Below the pieces are notes generated by a model. That model was given only the letters and a program-made list of their open reading frames with translations, was not told the DNA's origin and did not search any database. The translations under genes were made by a program, and so were the position numbers. Shown one piece after another: positions 12,296 to 27,398 of a DNA stretch of 64,000 nucleotides. Every line of letters starts with the position of its first letter. The stretch's first letter is position 1. The stretch comes from Auanema rhodensis (taxonomy: Eukaryota; Animalia; Nematoda): contig OZ059897.1 in the NCBI GenBank assembly GCA_964057225.1, forward strand, positions 19,158,001-19,222,000, read 5' to 3'.

Positions 12296-15200
12296 ACACA
12301 GATCGACGCAGCTTAAAAATCCGCATCGAATGCACTATACTACATTGAGAAACGCTTGATACAAAAATTAGTTCTGATGGTTTGAAAAATGATGCATTAG
12401 TGTATGTTGAGTTTCCATGTACACTCAACATTGCTTCCAAAAACATTTTGACAAAAATTTTTTCGAAAAATTTCAGAATAATTTAGCAAAAAGTAGATGT
12501 TTTTAGATTCCATTTTTCAAGGCAAAGACGATGGACAATGTTATTCAACGAAAAAATTAATTCTTCAGGGTGAAAATCGAGGATATAAGTGTGAACTTAT
12601 ATCAGTTGATATCTCGGTGCATTTTTAAGCTAGCGCAAATCTGATAACACAGATCGACGCAGCTTAAAAATCCGCATCGAATGCACTATACTACATTGAG
12701 AAACACTTGATACAAAAATTAGTTATGATCGTTTGAAAAATGATGCATTAGTGTATGTTGAGTTTCCATGTACACTCAACATTGCTTCCAAAAACATTTT
12801 GACAAAAATTTTTTCGAAAAATTTCAAAATAATTTAGCAAAAAGTAGAAGTTTTTAGATTCCTTTTTTCAAGGCAAAGACGATGGACAATGTTATTCAAC
12901 GAAAAAATTAATTCTTCAGGGTGAAAATCGAGGATATAAGTGTGAACTTATATCAGTTGATATCTCGGTGCATTTTTAAGCTAGCGCAAATCTGATAACA
13001 CAGATCGACGCAGCTTAAAAATCCGCATCGAATGCACTATACTACATTGAGAAACGCTTAATACAAAAATTAGTTATGATCGTTTGAAAAATGATGCATT
13101 AGTGTATGTTGAGTTTTCATGTACACTCAACATTGCTTCCAAAAACATTTTGACAAAAATTTTTTCGAAAAATTTCAAAATAATTTAGCAAAAAGTAGAA
13201 GTTTTTAGATTCCTTTTTCCAAGGCAAAGACGATGGACAATGTTATTCAACGAAAAAATTAATTCTTCAGGGTGAAAATCGAGGATATAAGTGTGAACTT
13301 ATATCAGTTGATATCTCGGTGCATTTTTAAGCTAGCGCAAATCTGATAACACAGATCGACGCAGCTTGAAAATCCGCATCGAATGCACTATACTACATTG
13401 AGAAACGCTTAATACAAAAATTAGTTATGATCGTTTGAAAAATGATGCATTAGTGTATGTTGAGTTTCCATGTACACTCAACATTGCTTCCAAAAACATT
13501 TTGACAAAAATTTTTTCGAAAAATTTCAAAATAATTTAGCAAAAAGTAGATGTTTTTAGATTCCTTTTTTCAAGGCAAAGACGATGGACAATGTTATTCA
13601 ACGAAAAAAATTAATTCTTCAGGGTGAAAATCGGGTATATATGTGTGTACTTATATCAGTTGATATCTCGGTGCATTTTTAAGCTAGCGCAAATCTGATA
13701 ACACAGATCGACGCAGCTTAAAAATCCGCATCGAATGCACTATACTACATTGAGAAACGCTTAATACAAAAATTAGTTATGATCGTTTGAAAAATGATGC
13801 ATTAGTGTATGTTGAGTTTCCATGTACACTCAACATTGCTTCCAAAAACATTTTGACAAAAATTTTTTCGAAAAATTTCAAAATAATTCAGCAAAAAGTA
13901 GATGTTTTTAGATTCCATTTTTCAAGGCAAAGACGATGGACAATGTTATTCAACGAAAAAATTATTTCTTCAGGGTGAAAATCGAGGATATAAGTGTGAA
14001 CTTATATCAGTTGATATCTCGGTGCATTTTTAAGCTAGCGCAAATCTGATAACACAGATCGACGCAGCTTAAAAATCCGCATCGAATGCACTATACTACA
14101 TTGAGAAACGCTTAATACAAAAATTAGTTATGATCGTTTGAAAAATGATGCATTAGTGTATGTTGAGTTTCCATGTACACTCAACATTGCTTCCAAAAAC
14201 ATTTTGACAAAAATTTTTTCGAAAAATTTCAAAATAATTTAGCAAAAAGTAGATGTTTTTAGATTTCATTTTTCAAGGCAAAGACGATGGACAATGTTAT
14301 TCAACGAAAAAATTAATTCTTCAGGGTGAAAATCGAGGATATAAGTGTGAACTTATAAAAGTTGATATCTCGGTGCATTTTTAAGCTAGCGCAAATCTGA
14401 TAACACAGATCGACGCAGCTTAAAAATCCGCATCGAATGCACTATACTACATTGAGAAACGCTTGATACAAAAATTAGTTCTGATGGTTTGAAAAATGAT
14501 GCATTAGTGTATGTTGAGTTTCCATGTACACTCAACATTGCTTCCAAAAACATTTTGACAAAAATTTTTTCGAAAAATTTCAGAATAATTTAGCAAAAAG
14601 TAGATGTTTTTAGATTCCATTTTTCAAGGCAAAGACGATGGACAATGTTATTCAACGAAAAAATTAATTCTTCAGGGTGAAAATCGAGGATATAAGTGTG
14701 AACTTATATCAGTTGATATCTCGGTGCATTTTTAAGCTAGCGCAAATCTGATAACACAGATCGACGCAGCTTAAAAATCCGCATCGAATGCACTATACTA
14801 CATTGAGAAACACTTGATACAAAAATTAGTTATGATCGTTTGAAAAATGATGCATTAGTGTATGTTGAGTTTCCATGTACACTCAACATTGCTTCCAAAA
14901 ACATTTTGACAAAAATTTTTTCGAAAAATTTCAAAATAATTTAGCAAAAAGTAGAAGTTTTTAGATTCCTTTTTTCAAGGCAAAGACGATGGACAATGTT
15001 ATTCAACGAAAAAATTAATTCTTCAGGGTGAAAATCGAGGATATAAGTGTGAACTTATATCAGTTGATATCTCGGTGCATTTTTAAGCTAGCGCAAATCT
15101 GATAACACAGATCGACGCAGCTTAAAAATCCGCATCGAATGCACTATACTACATTGAGAAACGCTTAATACAAAAATTAGTTATGATCGTTTGAAAAATG

Positions 15201-16509
15201 ATGCATTAGTGTATGTTGAGTTTTCATGTACACTCAACATTGCTTCCAAAAACATTTTGACAAAAATTTTTTCGAAAAATTTCAAAATAATTTAGCAAAA
15301 AGTAGAAGTTTTTAGATTCCTTTTTCCAAGGCAAAGACGATGGACAATGTTATTCAACGAAAAAATTAATTCTTCAGGGTGAAAATCGAGGATATAAGTG
15401 TGAACTTATATCAGTTGATATCTCGGTGCATTTTTAAGCTAGCGCAAATCTGATAACACAGATCGACGCAGCTTGAAAATCCGCATCGAATGCACTATAC
15501 TACATTGAGAAACGCTTAATACAAAAATTAGTTATGATCGTTTGAAAAATGATGCATTAGTGTATGTTGAGTTTCCATGTACACTCAACATTGCTTCCAA
15601 AAACATTTTGACAAAAATTTTTTCGAAAAATTTCAAAATAATTTAGCAAACAGTAGATGTTTTTAGATTCCTTTTTTCAAGGCAAAGACGATGGACAATG
15701 TTATTCAACGAAAAAAATTAATTCTTCAGGGTGAAAATCGGGTATATATGTGTGTACTTATATCAGTTGATATCTCGGTGCATTTTTAAGCTAGCGCAAA
15801 TCTGATAACACAGATCGACGCAGCTTAAAAATCCGCATCGAATGCACTATACTACATTGAGAAACGCTTAATACAAAAATTAGTTATGATCGTTTGAAAA
15901 ATGATGCATTAGTGTATGTTGAGTTTCCATGTACACTCAACATTGCTTCCAAAAACATTTTGACAAAAATTTTTTCGAAAAATTTCAAAATAATTCAGCA
16001 AAAAGTAGATGTTTTTAGATTCCATTTTTCAAGGCAAAGACGATGGACAATGTTATTCAACGAAAAAATTATTTCTTCAGGGTGAAAATCGAGGATATAA
16101 GTGTGAACTTATATCAGTTGATATCTCGGTGCATTTTTAAGCTAGCGCAAATCTGATAACACAGATCGACGCAGCTTAAAAATCCGCATCGAATGCACTA
16201 TACTACATTGAGAAACGCTTAATACAAAAATTAGTTATGATCGTTTGAAAAATGATGCATTAGTGTATGTTGAGTTTCCATGTACACTCAACATTGCTTC
16301 CAAAAACATTTTGACAAAAATTTTTTCGAAAAATTTCAAAATAATTTAGCAAAAAGTAGATGTTTTTAGATTTCATTTTTCAAGGCAAAGACGATGGACA
16401 ATGTTATTCAACGAAAAAATTAATTCTTCAGGGTGAAAATCGAGGATATAAGTGTGAACTTATAAAAGTTGATATCTCGGTGCATTTTTAAGCTAGCGCA
16501 AATCTGATA
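12296..16509. repeat. Local higher-order repeat: two copies of a 6-monomer unit (2107 bp)
   Basis: The variant order ttctgatgg / acac+agaag / gttttc+tccaagg / cttg+gggtatatat / ttcag+attattt / tttca+ataaaag occurs at 12296-14402 and again at 14403-16509. ORF starts 13787 and 15894 are 2107 bp apart. Confidence 0.9.
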
Positions 16510-18617
16510 ACACAGATCGACGCAGCTTAAAAATCCGCATCGAATGCACTATACTACATTGAGAAACGCTTAATACAAAAATTAGTTATGATCGTTTGAA
16601 AAATGATGCATTAGTGTATGTTGAGTTTCCATGTACACTCAACATTGCTTCCAAAAACATTTTGACAAAAATTTTTTCGAAAAATTTCAAAATAATTTAG
16701 CAAAAAGTAGATGTTTTTAGATTCCTTTTTTCAAGGCAAAGACGATGGACAATGTTATTCAACGAAAAAAATTAATTCTTCAGGGTGAAAATCGGGTATA
16801 TATGTGTGTACTTATATCAGTTGATATCTCGGTGCATTTTTAAGCTAGCGCAAATCTGATAACACAGATCGACGCAGCTTAAAAATCCGCATCGAATGCA
16901 CTATACTACATTGAGAAACACTTGATACAAAAATTAGTTATGATCGTTTGAAAAATGATGCATTAGTGTATGTTGAGTTTCCATGTACACTCAACATTGC
17001 TTCCAAAAACATTTTGACAAAAATTTTTTCGAAAAATTTCAAAATAATTCAGCAAAAAGTAGATGTTTTTAGATTCCTTTTTTCAAGGCAAAGACGATGG
17101 ACAATGTTATTCAACGAAAAAATTATTTCTTCAGGGTGAAAATCGAGGATATAAGTGTGAACTTATATCAGTTGATATCTCGGTGCATTTTTAAGCTAGC
17201 GCAAATCTGATAACACAGATCGACGCAGCTTAAAAATCCGCATGGAATGCACTATACTACATTGAGAAACGCTTAATACAAAAATTAGTTATGATCGTTT
17301 GAAAAATGATGCATTAGTGTATGTTGAGTTTCCATGTACACTCAACATTGCTTCCAAAAACATTTTGACAAAAATTTTTTCGAAAAATTTCAAAATAATT
17401 TAGCAAAAAGTAGATGTTTTTAGATTCCTTTTTTCAAGGCAAAGACGATGGACAATGTTATTCAACGAAAAAAATTAATTCTTCAGGGTGAAAATCGGGT
17501 ATATATGTGTGTACTTATATCAGTTGATATCTCGGTGCATTTTTAAGCTAGCGCAAATCTGATAACACAGATCGACGCAGCTTAAAAATCCGCATCGAAT
17601 GCACTATACTACATTGAGAAACACTTGATACAAAAATTAGTTATGATCGTTTGAAAAATGATGCATTAGTGTATGTTGAGTTTCCATGTACACTCAACAT
17701 TGCTTCCAAAAACATTTTGACAAAAATTTTTTCGAAAAATTTCAAAATAATTCAGCAAAAAGTAGATGTTTTTAGATTCCATTTTTCAAGGCAAAGACGA
17801 TGGACAATGTTATTCAACGAAAAAATTAATTCTTCAGGGTGAAAATCGAGGATATAAGTGTGAACTTATAAAAGTTGATATCTCAGTGCATTTTTAAGCT
17901 AGCGCAAATCTGATAACACAGATCGACGCAGCTTAAAAATCCGCATCGAATGCACTATACTACATTGAGAAACGCTTAATACAAAAATTAGTTATGATCG
18001 TTTGAAAAATGATGCATTAGTGTATGTTGAGTTTCCATGTACACTCAACATTGCTTCCAAAAACATTTTGACAAAAATTTTTTCGAAAAATTTCAAAATA
18101 ATTTAGCAAAAAGTAGATGTTTTTAGATTTCATTTTTCAAGGCAAAGACGATGGACAATGTTATTCAACGAAAAAATTAATTCTTCAGGGTGAAAATCGA
18201 GGATATAAGTGTGAACTTATAAAAGTTGATATCTCGGTGCATTTTTAAGCTAGCGCAAATCTGATAACACAGATCGACGCAGCTTAAAAATCCGCATCGA
18301 ATGCACTATACTACATTAAGAAACGCTTGATACAAAAATTAGTTATGATCGTTTGAAAAATGATGCATTAGTGTATGTTGAGTTTCCATGTACACTCAAC
18401 ATTGCTTCCAAAAACATTTTGACAAAAATTTTTTCGAAAAATTTCAAAATAATTTAGCAAAAAGTAGATGTTTTTAGATTCCTTTTTTCAAGGCAAAGAC
18501 GATGGACAATGTTATTCAACGAAAAAATTAATTCTTCAGGGTGAAAATCGAGGATATAAGTGTGAACTTATATCAGTTGATATCTCGGTGCATTTTTAAG
18601 CTAGCGCAAATCTGATA

Positions 18618-21600
18618 ACACAGATCGACGCAGCTTAAAAATCCGGATCGAATGCACTATACTACATTGAAGAACGCTTAATACAAAAATTAGTTATGAT
18701 CGTTTGAAAAATGATGCATTAGTGTATGTTGAGTTTCCATGTACACTCAACATTGCTTCCAAAAACATTTTGACAAAAATTTTTTCAAAAAAATTTCAAA
18801 ATAATTCAGCAAAAAGTAGATGTTTTTAGATTCCATTTTTCAAGGCAAAGACGATGGACAATGTTATTCAACGAAAAAATTAATTCTTCAGGGTGAAAAT
18901 CGAGGATATAAGTGTGAACTTATAAAAGTTGATATCTCGGTGCATTTTTAAGCTAGCGCAAATCTGATAACACAGATCGACGCAGCTTAAAAATCCGCAT
19001 CGAATGCACTATACTACATTAAGAAACGCTTGATACAAAAATTAGTTATGATCGTTTGAAAAATGATGCATTAGTGTATGTTGAGTTTCCATGTACACTC
19101 AACATTGCTTCCAAAAACATTTTGACAAAAATTTTTTCGAAAAATTTCAAAATAATTTAGCAAAAAGTAGATGTTTTTAGATTTCATTTTTCAAGGCAAA
19201 GACGATGGACAATGTTATTCAACGAAAAAATTAATTCTTCAGGGTGAAAATCGAGGATATAAGTGTGAACTTATAAAAGTTGATATCTCGGTGCATTTTT
19301 AAGCTAGCGCAAATCTGATAACACAGATCGACGCAGCTTAAAAATCCGCATCGAATGCACTATACTACATTGAGAAACGCTTAATACAAAAATTAGTTAT
19401 GATCGTTTGAAAAATGATGCATTAGTGTATGTTGAGTTTCCATGTACACTCAACATTGCTTCCAAAAACATTTTGACAAAAATTTTTTCGAAAAATTTCA
19501 AAATAATTTAGCAAAAAGTAGATGTTTTTAGATTCCTTTTTTCAAGGCAAAGACGATGGACAATGTTATTCAACGAAAAAAATTAATTCTTCAGGGTGAA
19601 AATCGGGTATATATGTGTGTACTTATATCAGTTGATATCTCGGTGCATTTTTAAGCTAGCGCAAATCTGATAACACAGATCGACGCAGCTTAAAAATCCG
19701 CATCGAATGCACTATACTACATTGAGAAACACTTGATACAAAAATTAGTTATGATCGTTTGAAAAATGATGCATTAGTGTATGTTGAGTTTCCATTTACA
19801 CTCAACATTGCTTCCAAAAACATTTTGACAAAAATTTTTTCGAAAAATTTCAAAATAATTCAGCAAAAAGTAGATGTTTTTAGATTCCATTTTTCAAGGC
19901 AAAGACGATGGACAATGTTATTCAACGAAAAAATTAATTCTTCAGGGTGAAAGTCGAGGATATAAGTGTGAACTTATAAAAGTTGATATCTCGGTGCATT
20001 TTTAAGCTAGCGCAAATCTGATAACACAGATCGACGCAGCTTAAAAATCCGCATCGAATGCACTATACTACATTGAGAAACGTTTGATACAAAAATTAGT
20101 TATAATCGTTTGAAAAATGATGCATTAGTGTATGTTGAGTTTCCATGTACACTCAACATTGCTTCCAAAAACATTTTGACAAAAATTTTTTCGAAAAATT
20201 TCAAAATAATTTAGCAAAAAGTAGATGTTTTTAGATTTCATTTTTCAAGGCAAAGACGATGGACAATGTTATTCAACGAAAAAATTAATTCTTCAGGGTG
20301 AAAATCGAGGATATAAGTGTGAACTTATAAAAGTTGATATCTCGGTGCATTTTTAAGCTAGCGCAAATCTGATAACACAGATCGACGCAGCTTAAAAATC
20401 CGCATCGAATGCACTATACTACATTGAGAAACGCTTGATACAAAAATTAGTTCTGATGGTTTGAAAAATGATGCATTAGTGTATGTTGAGTTTCCATGTA
20501 CACTCAACATTGCTTCCAAAAACATTTTGACAAAAATTTTTTCGAAAAATTTCACAATAATTTAGCAAAAAGTAGATGTTTTTAGATTCCATTTTTCAAG
20601 GCAAAGACGATGGACAATGTTATTCAACGAAAAAATTAATTCTTCAGGGTGAAAATCGAGGATATAAGTGTGAACTTATATCAGTTGATATCTCGGTGCA
20701 TTTTTAAGCTAGCGCAAATCTGATAACACAGATCGACGCAGCTTAAAAATCCGGATCGAATGCACTATACTACATTGAAGAACGCTTAATACAAAAATTA
20801 GTTATGATCGTTTGAAAAATGATGCATTAGTGTATGTTGAGTTTCCATGTACACTCAACATTGCTTCCAAAAACATTTTGACAAAAATTTTTTCGAAAAA
20901 TTTCAGAATAATTTAGCAAAAAGTAGATGTTTTTAGATTCCATTTTTCAAGGCAAAGACGATGGACAATGTTATTCAACGAAAAAATTAATTCTTCAGGG
21001 TGAAAATCGAGGATATAAGTGTGAACTTATATCAGTTGATATCTCGGTGCATTTTTAAGCTAGCGCAAATCTGATAACACAGATCGACGCAGCTTAAAAA
21101 TCCGGATCGAATGCACTATACTACATTGAAGAACGCTTAATACAAAAATTAGTTATGATCGTTTGAAAAATGATGCATTAGTGTATGTTGAGTTTCCATG
21201 TACACTCAACATTGCTTCCAAAAACATTTTGACAAAAATTTTTTCAAAAAAATTTCAAAATAATTCAGCAAAAAGTAGATGTTTTTAGATTCCATTTTTC
21301 AAGGCAAAGACGATGGACAATGTTATTCAACGAAAAAATTAATTCTTCAGGGTGAAAATCGAGGATATAAGTGTGAACTTATAAAAGTTGATATCTCGGT
21401 GCATTTTTAAGCTAGCGCAAATCTGATAACACAGATCGACGCAGCTTAAAAATCCGCATCGAATGCACTATACTACATTAAGAAACGCTTGATACAAAAA
21501 TTAGTTATGATCGTTTGAAAAATGATGCATTAGTGTATGTTGAGTTTCCATGTACACTCAACATTGCTTCCAAAAACATTTTGACAAAAATTTTTTCGAA

Positions 21601-23535
21601 AAATTTCAAAATAATTTAGCAAAAAGTAGATGTTTTTAGATTTCATTTTTCAAGGCAAAGACGATGGACAATGTTATTCAACGAAAAAATTAATTCTTCA
21701 GGGTGAAAATCGAGGATATAAGTGTGAACTTATAAAAGTTGATATCTCGGTGCATTTTTAAGCTAGCGCAAATCTGATAACACAGATCGACGCAGCTTAA
21801 AAATCCGCATCGAATGCACTATACTACATTGAGAAACGCTTAATACAAAAATTAGTTATGATCGTTTGAAAAATGATGCATTAGTGTATGTTGAGTTTCC
21901 ATGTACACTCAACATTGCTTCCAAAAACATTTTGACAAAAATTTTTTCGAAAAATTTCAAAATAATTTAGCAAAAAGTAGATGTTTTTAGATTCCTTTTT
22001 TCAAGGCAAAGACGATGGACAATGTTATTCAACGAAAAAAATTAATTCTTCAGGGTGAAAATCGGGTATATATGTGTGTACTTATATCAGTTGATATCTC
22101 GGTGCATTTTTAAGCTAGCGCAAATCTGATAACACAGATCGACGCAGCTTAAAAATCCGCATCGAATGCACTATACTACATTGAGAAACACTTGATACAA
22201 AAATTAGTTATGATCGTTTGAAAAATGATGCATTAGTGTATGTTGAGTTTCCATTTACACTCAACATTGCTTCCAAAAACATTTTGACAAAAATTTTTTC
22301 GAAAAATTTCAAAATAATTCAGCAAAAAGTAGATGTTTTTAGATTCCATTTTTCAAGGCAAAGACGATGGACAATGTTATTCAACGAAAAAATTAATTCT
22401 TCAGGGTGAAAATCGAGGATATAAGTGTGAACTTATAAAAGTTGATATCTCGGTGCATTTTTAAGCTAGCGCAAATCTGATAACACAGATCGACGCAGCT
22501 TAAAAATCCGCATCGAATGCACTATACTACATTGAGAAACGCTTGATACAAAAATTAGTTATAATCGTTTGAAAAATGATGCATTAGTGTATGTTGAGTT
22601 TCCATGTACACTCAACATTGCTTCCAAAAACATTTTGACAAAAATTTTTTCGAAAAATTTCAAAATAATTTAGCAAAAAGTAGATGTTTTTAGATTTCAT
22701 TTTTCAAGGCAAAGACGATGGACAATGTTATTCAACGAAAAAATTAATTCTTCAGGGTGAAAATCGAGGATATAAGTGTGAACTTATAAAAGTTGATATC
22801 TCGGTGCATTTTTAAGCTAGCGCAAATCTGATAACACAGATCGACGCAGCTTAAAAATCCGCATCGAATGCACTATACTACATTGAGAAACGCTTGATAC
22901 AAAAATTAGTTCTGATGGTTTGAAAAATGATGCATTAGTGTATGTTGAGTTTCCATGTACACTCAACATTGCTTCCAAAAACATTTTGACAAAAATTTTT
23001 TCGAAAAATTTCACAATAATTTAGCAAAAAGTAGATGTTTTTAGATTCCATTTTTCAAGGCAAAGACGATGGACAATGTTATTCAACGAAAAAATTAATT
23101 CTTCAGGGTGAAAATCGAGGATATAAGTGTGAACTTATATCAGTTGATATCTCGGTGCATTTTTAAGCTAGCGCAAATCTGATAACACAGATCGACGCAG
23201 CTTAAAAATCCGGATCGAATGCACTATACTACATTGAAGAACGCTTAATACAAAAATTAGTTATGATCGTTTGAAAAATGATGCATTAGTGTATGTTGAG
23301 TTTCCATGTACACTCAACATTGCTTCCAAAAACATTTTGACAAAAATTTTTTCGAAAAATTTCAAAATAATTTAGCAAAAAGTAGATGTTTTTAGATTCC
23401 ATTTTTCAAGGCAAAGACGATGGACAATGTTATTCAACGAAAAAATTAATTCTTCAGGGTGAAAATCGAGGATATAAGTGTGAACTTATATCAGTTGATA
23501 TCTCGGTGCATTTTTAAGCTAGCGCAAATCTGATA
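18618..23535. repeat. Local higher-order repeat: two copies of a 7-monomer unit (2459 bp)
   Basis: Same variant order at 18618-21076 and 21077-23535. The rare ttcacaat variant is seen only near 20555 and 23014. ORF pairs 19759/22218 and 20358/22817 are both 2459 bp apart. Confidence 0.9.
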
Positions 23536-26500
23536 ACACAGATCGACGCAGCTTAAAAATCCGGATCAAATGCACTATACTACATTAAGAAACGCTTGAT
23601 ACAAAAATTAGTTATGATCGTTTGAAAAATGATGCATTAGTGTATGTTGAGTTTCCATGTACACTCAACATTGCTTCCAAAAACATTTTGACAAAAATTT
23701 TTTCGAAAAATTTCAAAATAATTTAGCAAAAAGTAGAAGTTTTTAGATTCCTTTTTTCAAGGCAAAGACGATGGACAATGTTATTCAACGAAAAAATTAA
23801 TTCTTCAGGGTGAAAATCGAGGATATAAGTGTGAACTTATATCAGTTGATATCTCGGTGCATTTTTAAGCTAGCGCAAATCTGATAACACAGATCGACGC
23901 AGCTTAAAAATCCGCATCGAATGCACTATACTACATTGAGAAACGCTTAATACAAAAATTAGTTATGATCGTTTGAAAAATGATGCATTAGTGTATGTTG
24001 AGTTTTCATGTACACTCAACATTGCTTCCAAAAACATTTTGACAAAAATTTTTTCGAAAAATTTCAAAATAATTTAGCAAAAAGTAGAAGTTTTTAGATT
24101 CCTTTTTCCAAGGCAAAGACGATGGACAATGTTATTCAACGAAAAAATTAATTCTTCAGGGTGAAAATCGAGGATATAAGTGTGAACTTATATCAGTTGA
24201 TATCTCGGTGCATTTTTAAGCTAGCGCAAATCTGATAACACAGATCGACGCAGCTTGAAAATCCGCATCGAATGCACTATACTACATTGAGAAACGCTTA
24301 ATACAAAAATTAGTTATGATCGTTTGAAAAATGATGCATTAGTGTATGTTGAGTTTCCATGTACACTCAACATTGCTTCCAAAAACATTTTGACAAAAAT
24401 TTTTTCAAAAAAATTTCAAAATAATTCAGCAAAAAGTAGATGTTTTTAGATTCCATTTTTCAAGGCAAAGACGATGGACAATGTTATTCAACGAAAAAAT
24501 TAATTCTTCAGGGTGAAAATCGAGGATATAAGTGTGAACTTATAAAAGTTGATATCTCGGTGCATTTTTAAGCTAGCGCAAATCTGATAACACAGATCGA
24601 CGCAGCTTAAAAATCCGCATCGAATGCACTATACTACATTAAGAAACGCTTGATACAAAAATTAGTTATGATCGTTTGAAAAATGATGCATTAGTGTATG
24701 TTGAGTTTCCATGTACACTCAACATTGCTTCCAAAAACATTTTGACAAAAATTTTTTCGAAAAATTTCAAAATAATTTAGCAAAAAGTAGATGTTTTTAG
24801 ATTTCATTTTTCAAGGCAAAGACGATGGACAATGTTATTCAACGAAAAAATTAATTCTTCAGGGTGAAAATCGAGGATATAAGTGTGAACTTATAAAAGT
24901 TGATATCTCGGTGCATTTTTAAGCTAGCGCAAATCTGATAACACAGATCGACGCAGCTTAAAAATCCGCATCGAATGCACTATACTACATTGAGAAACGC
25001 TTAATACAAAAATTAGTTATGATCGTTTGAAAAATGATGCATTAGTGTATGTTGAGTTTCCATGTACACTCAACATTGCTTCCAAAAACATTTTGACAAA
25101 AATTTTTTCGAAAAATTTCAAAATAATTTAGCAAAAAGTAGATGTTTTTAGATTCCTTTTTTCAAGGCAAAGACGATGGACAATGTTATTCAACGAAAAA
25201 AATTAATTCTTCAGGGTGAAAATCGGGTATATATGTGTGTACTTATATCAGTTGATATCTCGGTGCATTTTTAAGCTAGCGCAAATCTGATAACACAGAT
25301 CGACGCAGCTTAAAAATCCGCATCGAATGCACTATACTACATTGAGAAACACTTGATACAAAAATTAGTTATGATCGTTTGAAAAATGATGCATTAGTGT
25401 ATGTTGAGTTTCCATTTACACTCAACATTGCTTCCAAAAACATTTTGACAAAAATTTTTTCGAAAAATTTCAAAATAATTCAGCAAAAAGTAGATGTTTT
25501 TAGATTCCATTTTTCAAGGCAAAGACGATGGACAATGTTATTCAACGAAAAAATTAATTCTTCAGGGTGAAAATCGAGGATATAAGTGTGAACTTATAAA
25601 AGTTGATATCTCGGTGCATTTTTAAGCTAGCGCAAATCTGATAACACAGATCGACGCAGCTTAAAAATCCGCATCGAATGCACTATACTACATTGAGAAA
25701 CGCTTGATACAAAAATTAGTTATAATCGTTTGAAAAATGATGCATTAGTGTATGTTGAGTTTCCATGTACACTCAACATTGCTTCCAAAAACATTTTGAC
25801 AAAAATTTTTTCGAAAAATTTCAAAATAATTTAGCAAAAAGTAGATGTTTTTAGATTTCATTTTTCAAGGCAAAGACGATGGACAATGTTATTCAACGAA
25901 AAAATTAATTCTTCAGGGTGAAAATCGAGGATATAAGTGTGAACTTATATCAGTTGATATCTCGGTGCATTTTTAAGCTAGCGCAAATCTGATAACACAG
26001 ATCGACGCAGCTTAAAAATCCGCATCGAATGCACTATACTACATTGAGAAACGCTTAATACAAAAATTAGTTATGATCGTTTGAAAAATGATGCATTAGT
26101 GTATGTTGAGTTTCCATGTACACTCAACATTGCTTCCAAAAACATTTTGACAAAAATTTTTTCGAAAAATTTCAGAATAATTTAGCAAAAAGTAGATGTT
26201 TTTAGATTCCATTTTTCAAGGCAAAGACGATGGACAATGTTATTCAACGAAAAAATTAATTCTTCAGGGTGAAAATCGAGGATATAAGTGTGAACTTATA
26301 TCAGTTGATATCTCGGTGCATTTTTAAGCTAGCGCAAATCTGATAACACAGATCGACGCAGCTTAAAAATCCGGATCGAATGCACTATACTACATTGAAG
26401 AACGCTTAATACAAAAATTAGTTATGATCGTTTGAAAAATGATGCATTAGTGTATGTTGAGTTTCCATGTACACTCAACATTGCTTCCAAAAACATTTTG

Positions 26501-27398
26501 ACAAAAATTTTTTCGAAAAATTTCAAAATAATTTAGCAAAAAGTAGATGTTTTTAGATTCCATTTTTCAAGGCAAAGACGATGGACAATGTTATTCAACG
26601 AAAAAATTAATTCTTCAGGGTGAAAATCGAGGATATAAGTGTGAACTTATATCAGTTGATATCTCGGTGCATTTTTAAGCTAGCGCAAATCTGATAACAC
26701 AGATCGACGCAGCTTAAAAATCCGGATCAAATGCACTATACTACATTAAGAAACGCTTGATACAAAAATTAGTTATGATCGTTTGAAAAATGATGCATTA
26801 GTGTATGTTGAGTTTCCATGTACACTCAACATTGCTTCCAAAAACATTTTGACAAAAATTTTTTCGAAAAATTTCAAAATAATTTAGCAAAAAGTAGAAG
26901 TTTTTAGATTCCTTTTTTCAAGGCAAAGACGATGGACAATGTTATTCAACGAAAAAATTAATTCTTCAGGGTGAAAATCGAGGATATAAGTGTGAACTTA
27001 TATCAGTTGATATCTCGGTGCATTTTTAAGCTAGCGCAAATCTGATAACACAGATCGACGCAGCTTAAAAATCCGCATCGAATGCACTATACTACATTGA
27101 GAAACGCTTAATACAAAAATTAGTTATGATCGTTTGAAAAATGATGCATTAGTGTATGTTGAGTTTTCATGTACACTCAACATTGCTTCCAAAAACATTT
27201 TGACAAAAATTTTTTCGAAAAATTTCAAAATAATTTAGCAAAAAGTAGAAGTTTTTAGATTCCTTTTTCCAAGGCAAAGACGATGGACAATGTTATTCAA
27301 CGAAAAAATTAATTCTTCAGGGTGAAAATCGAGGATATAAGTGTGAACTTATATCAGTTGATATCTCGGTGCATTTTTAAGCTAGCGCAAATCTGATA
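21077..27398. repeat. Local higher-order repeat: two imperfect copies of a 9-monomer unit (about 3161 bp), overlapping the 7-mer
   Basis: The ccggatcaaa variant is seen only in the monomers at 23536 and 26697 (3161 bp apart). ORFs 22218 and 25379 are 3161 bp apart. The 1st, 5th and 6th monomers differ between the two copies. Confidence 0.8.

Noticed and set aside
11928-23014. Three copies of a 65-aa minus-strand ORF (MKFFEKIFVK...)
   Set aside because: It depends on a chance combination of the ttctgatgg variant and the base at about monomer position 181. No coding evidence.
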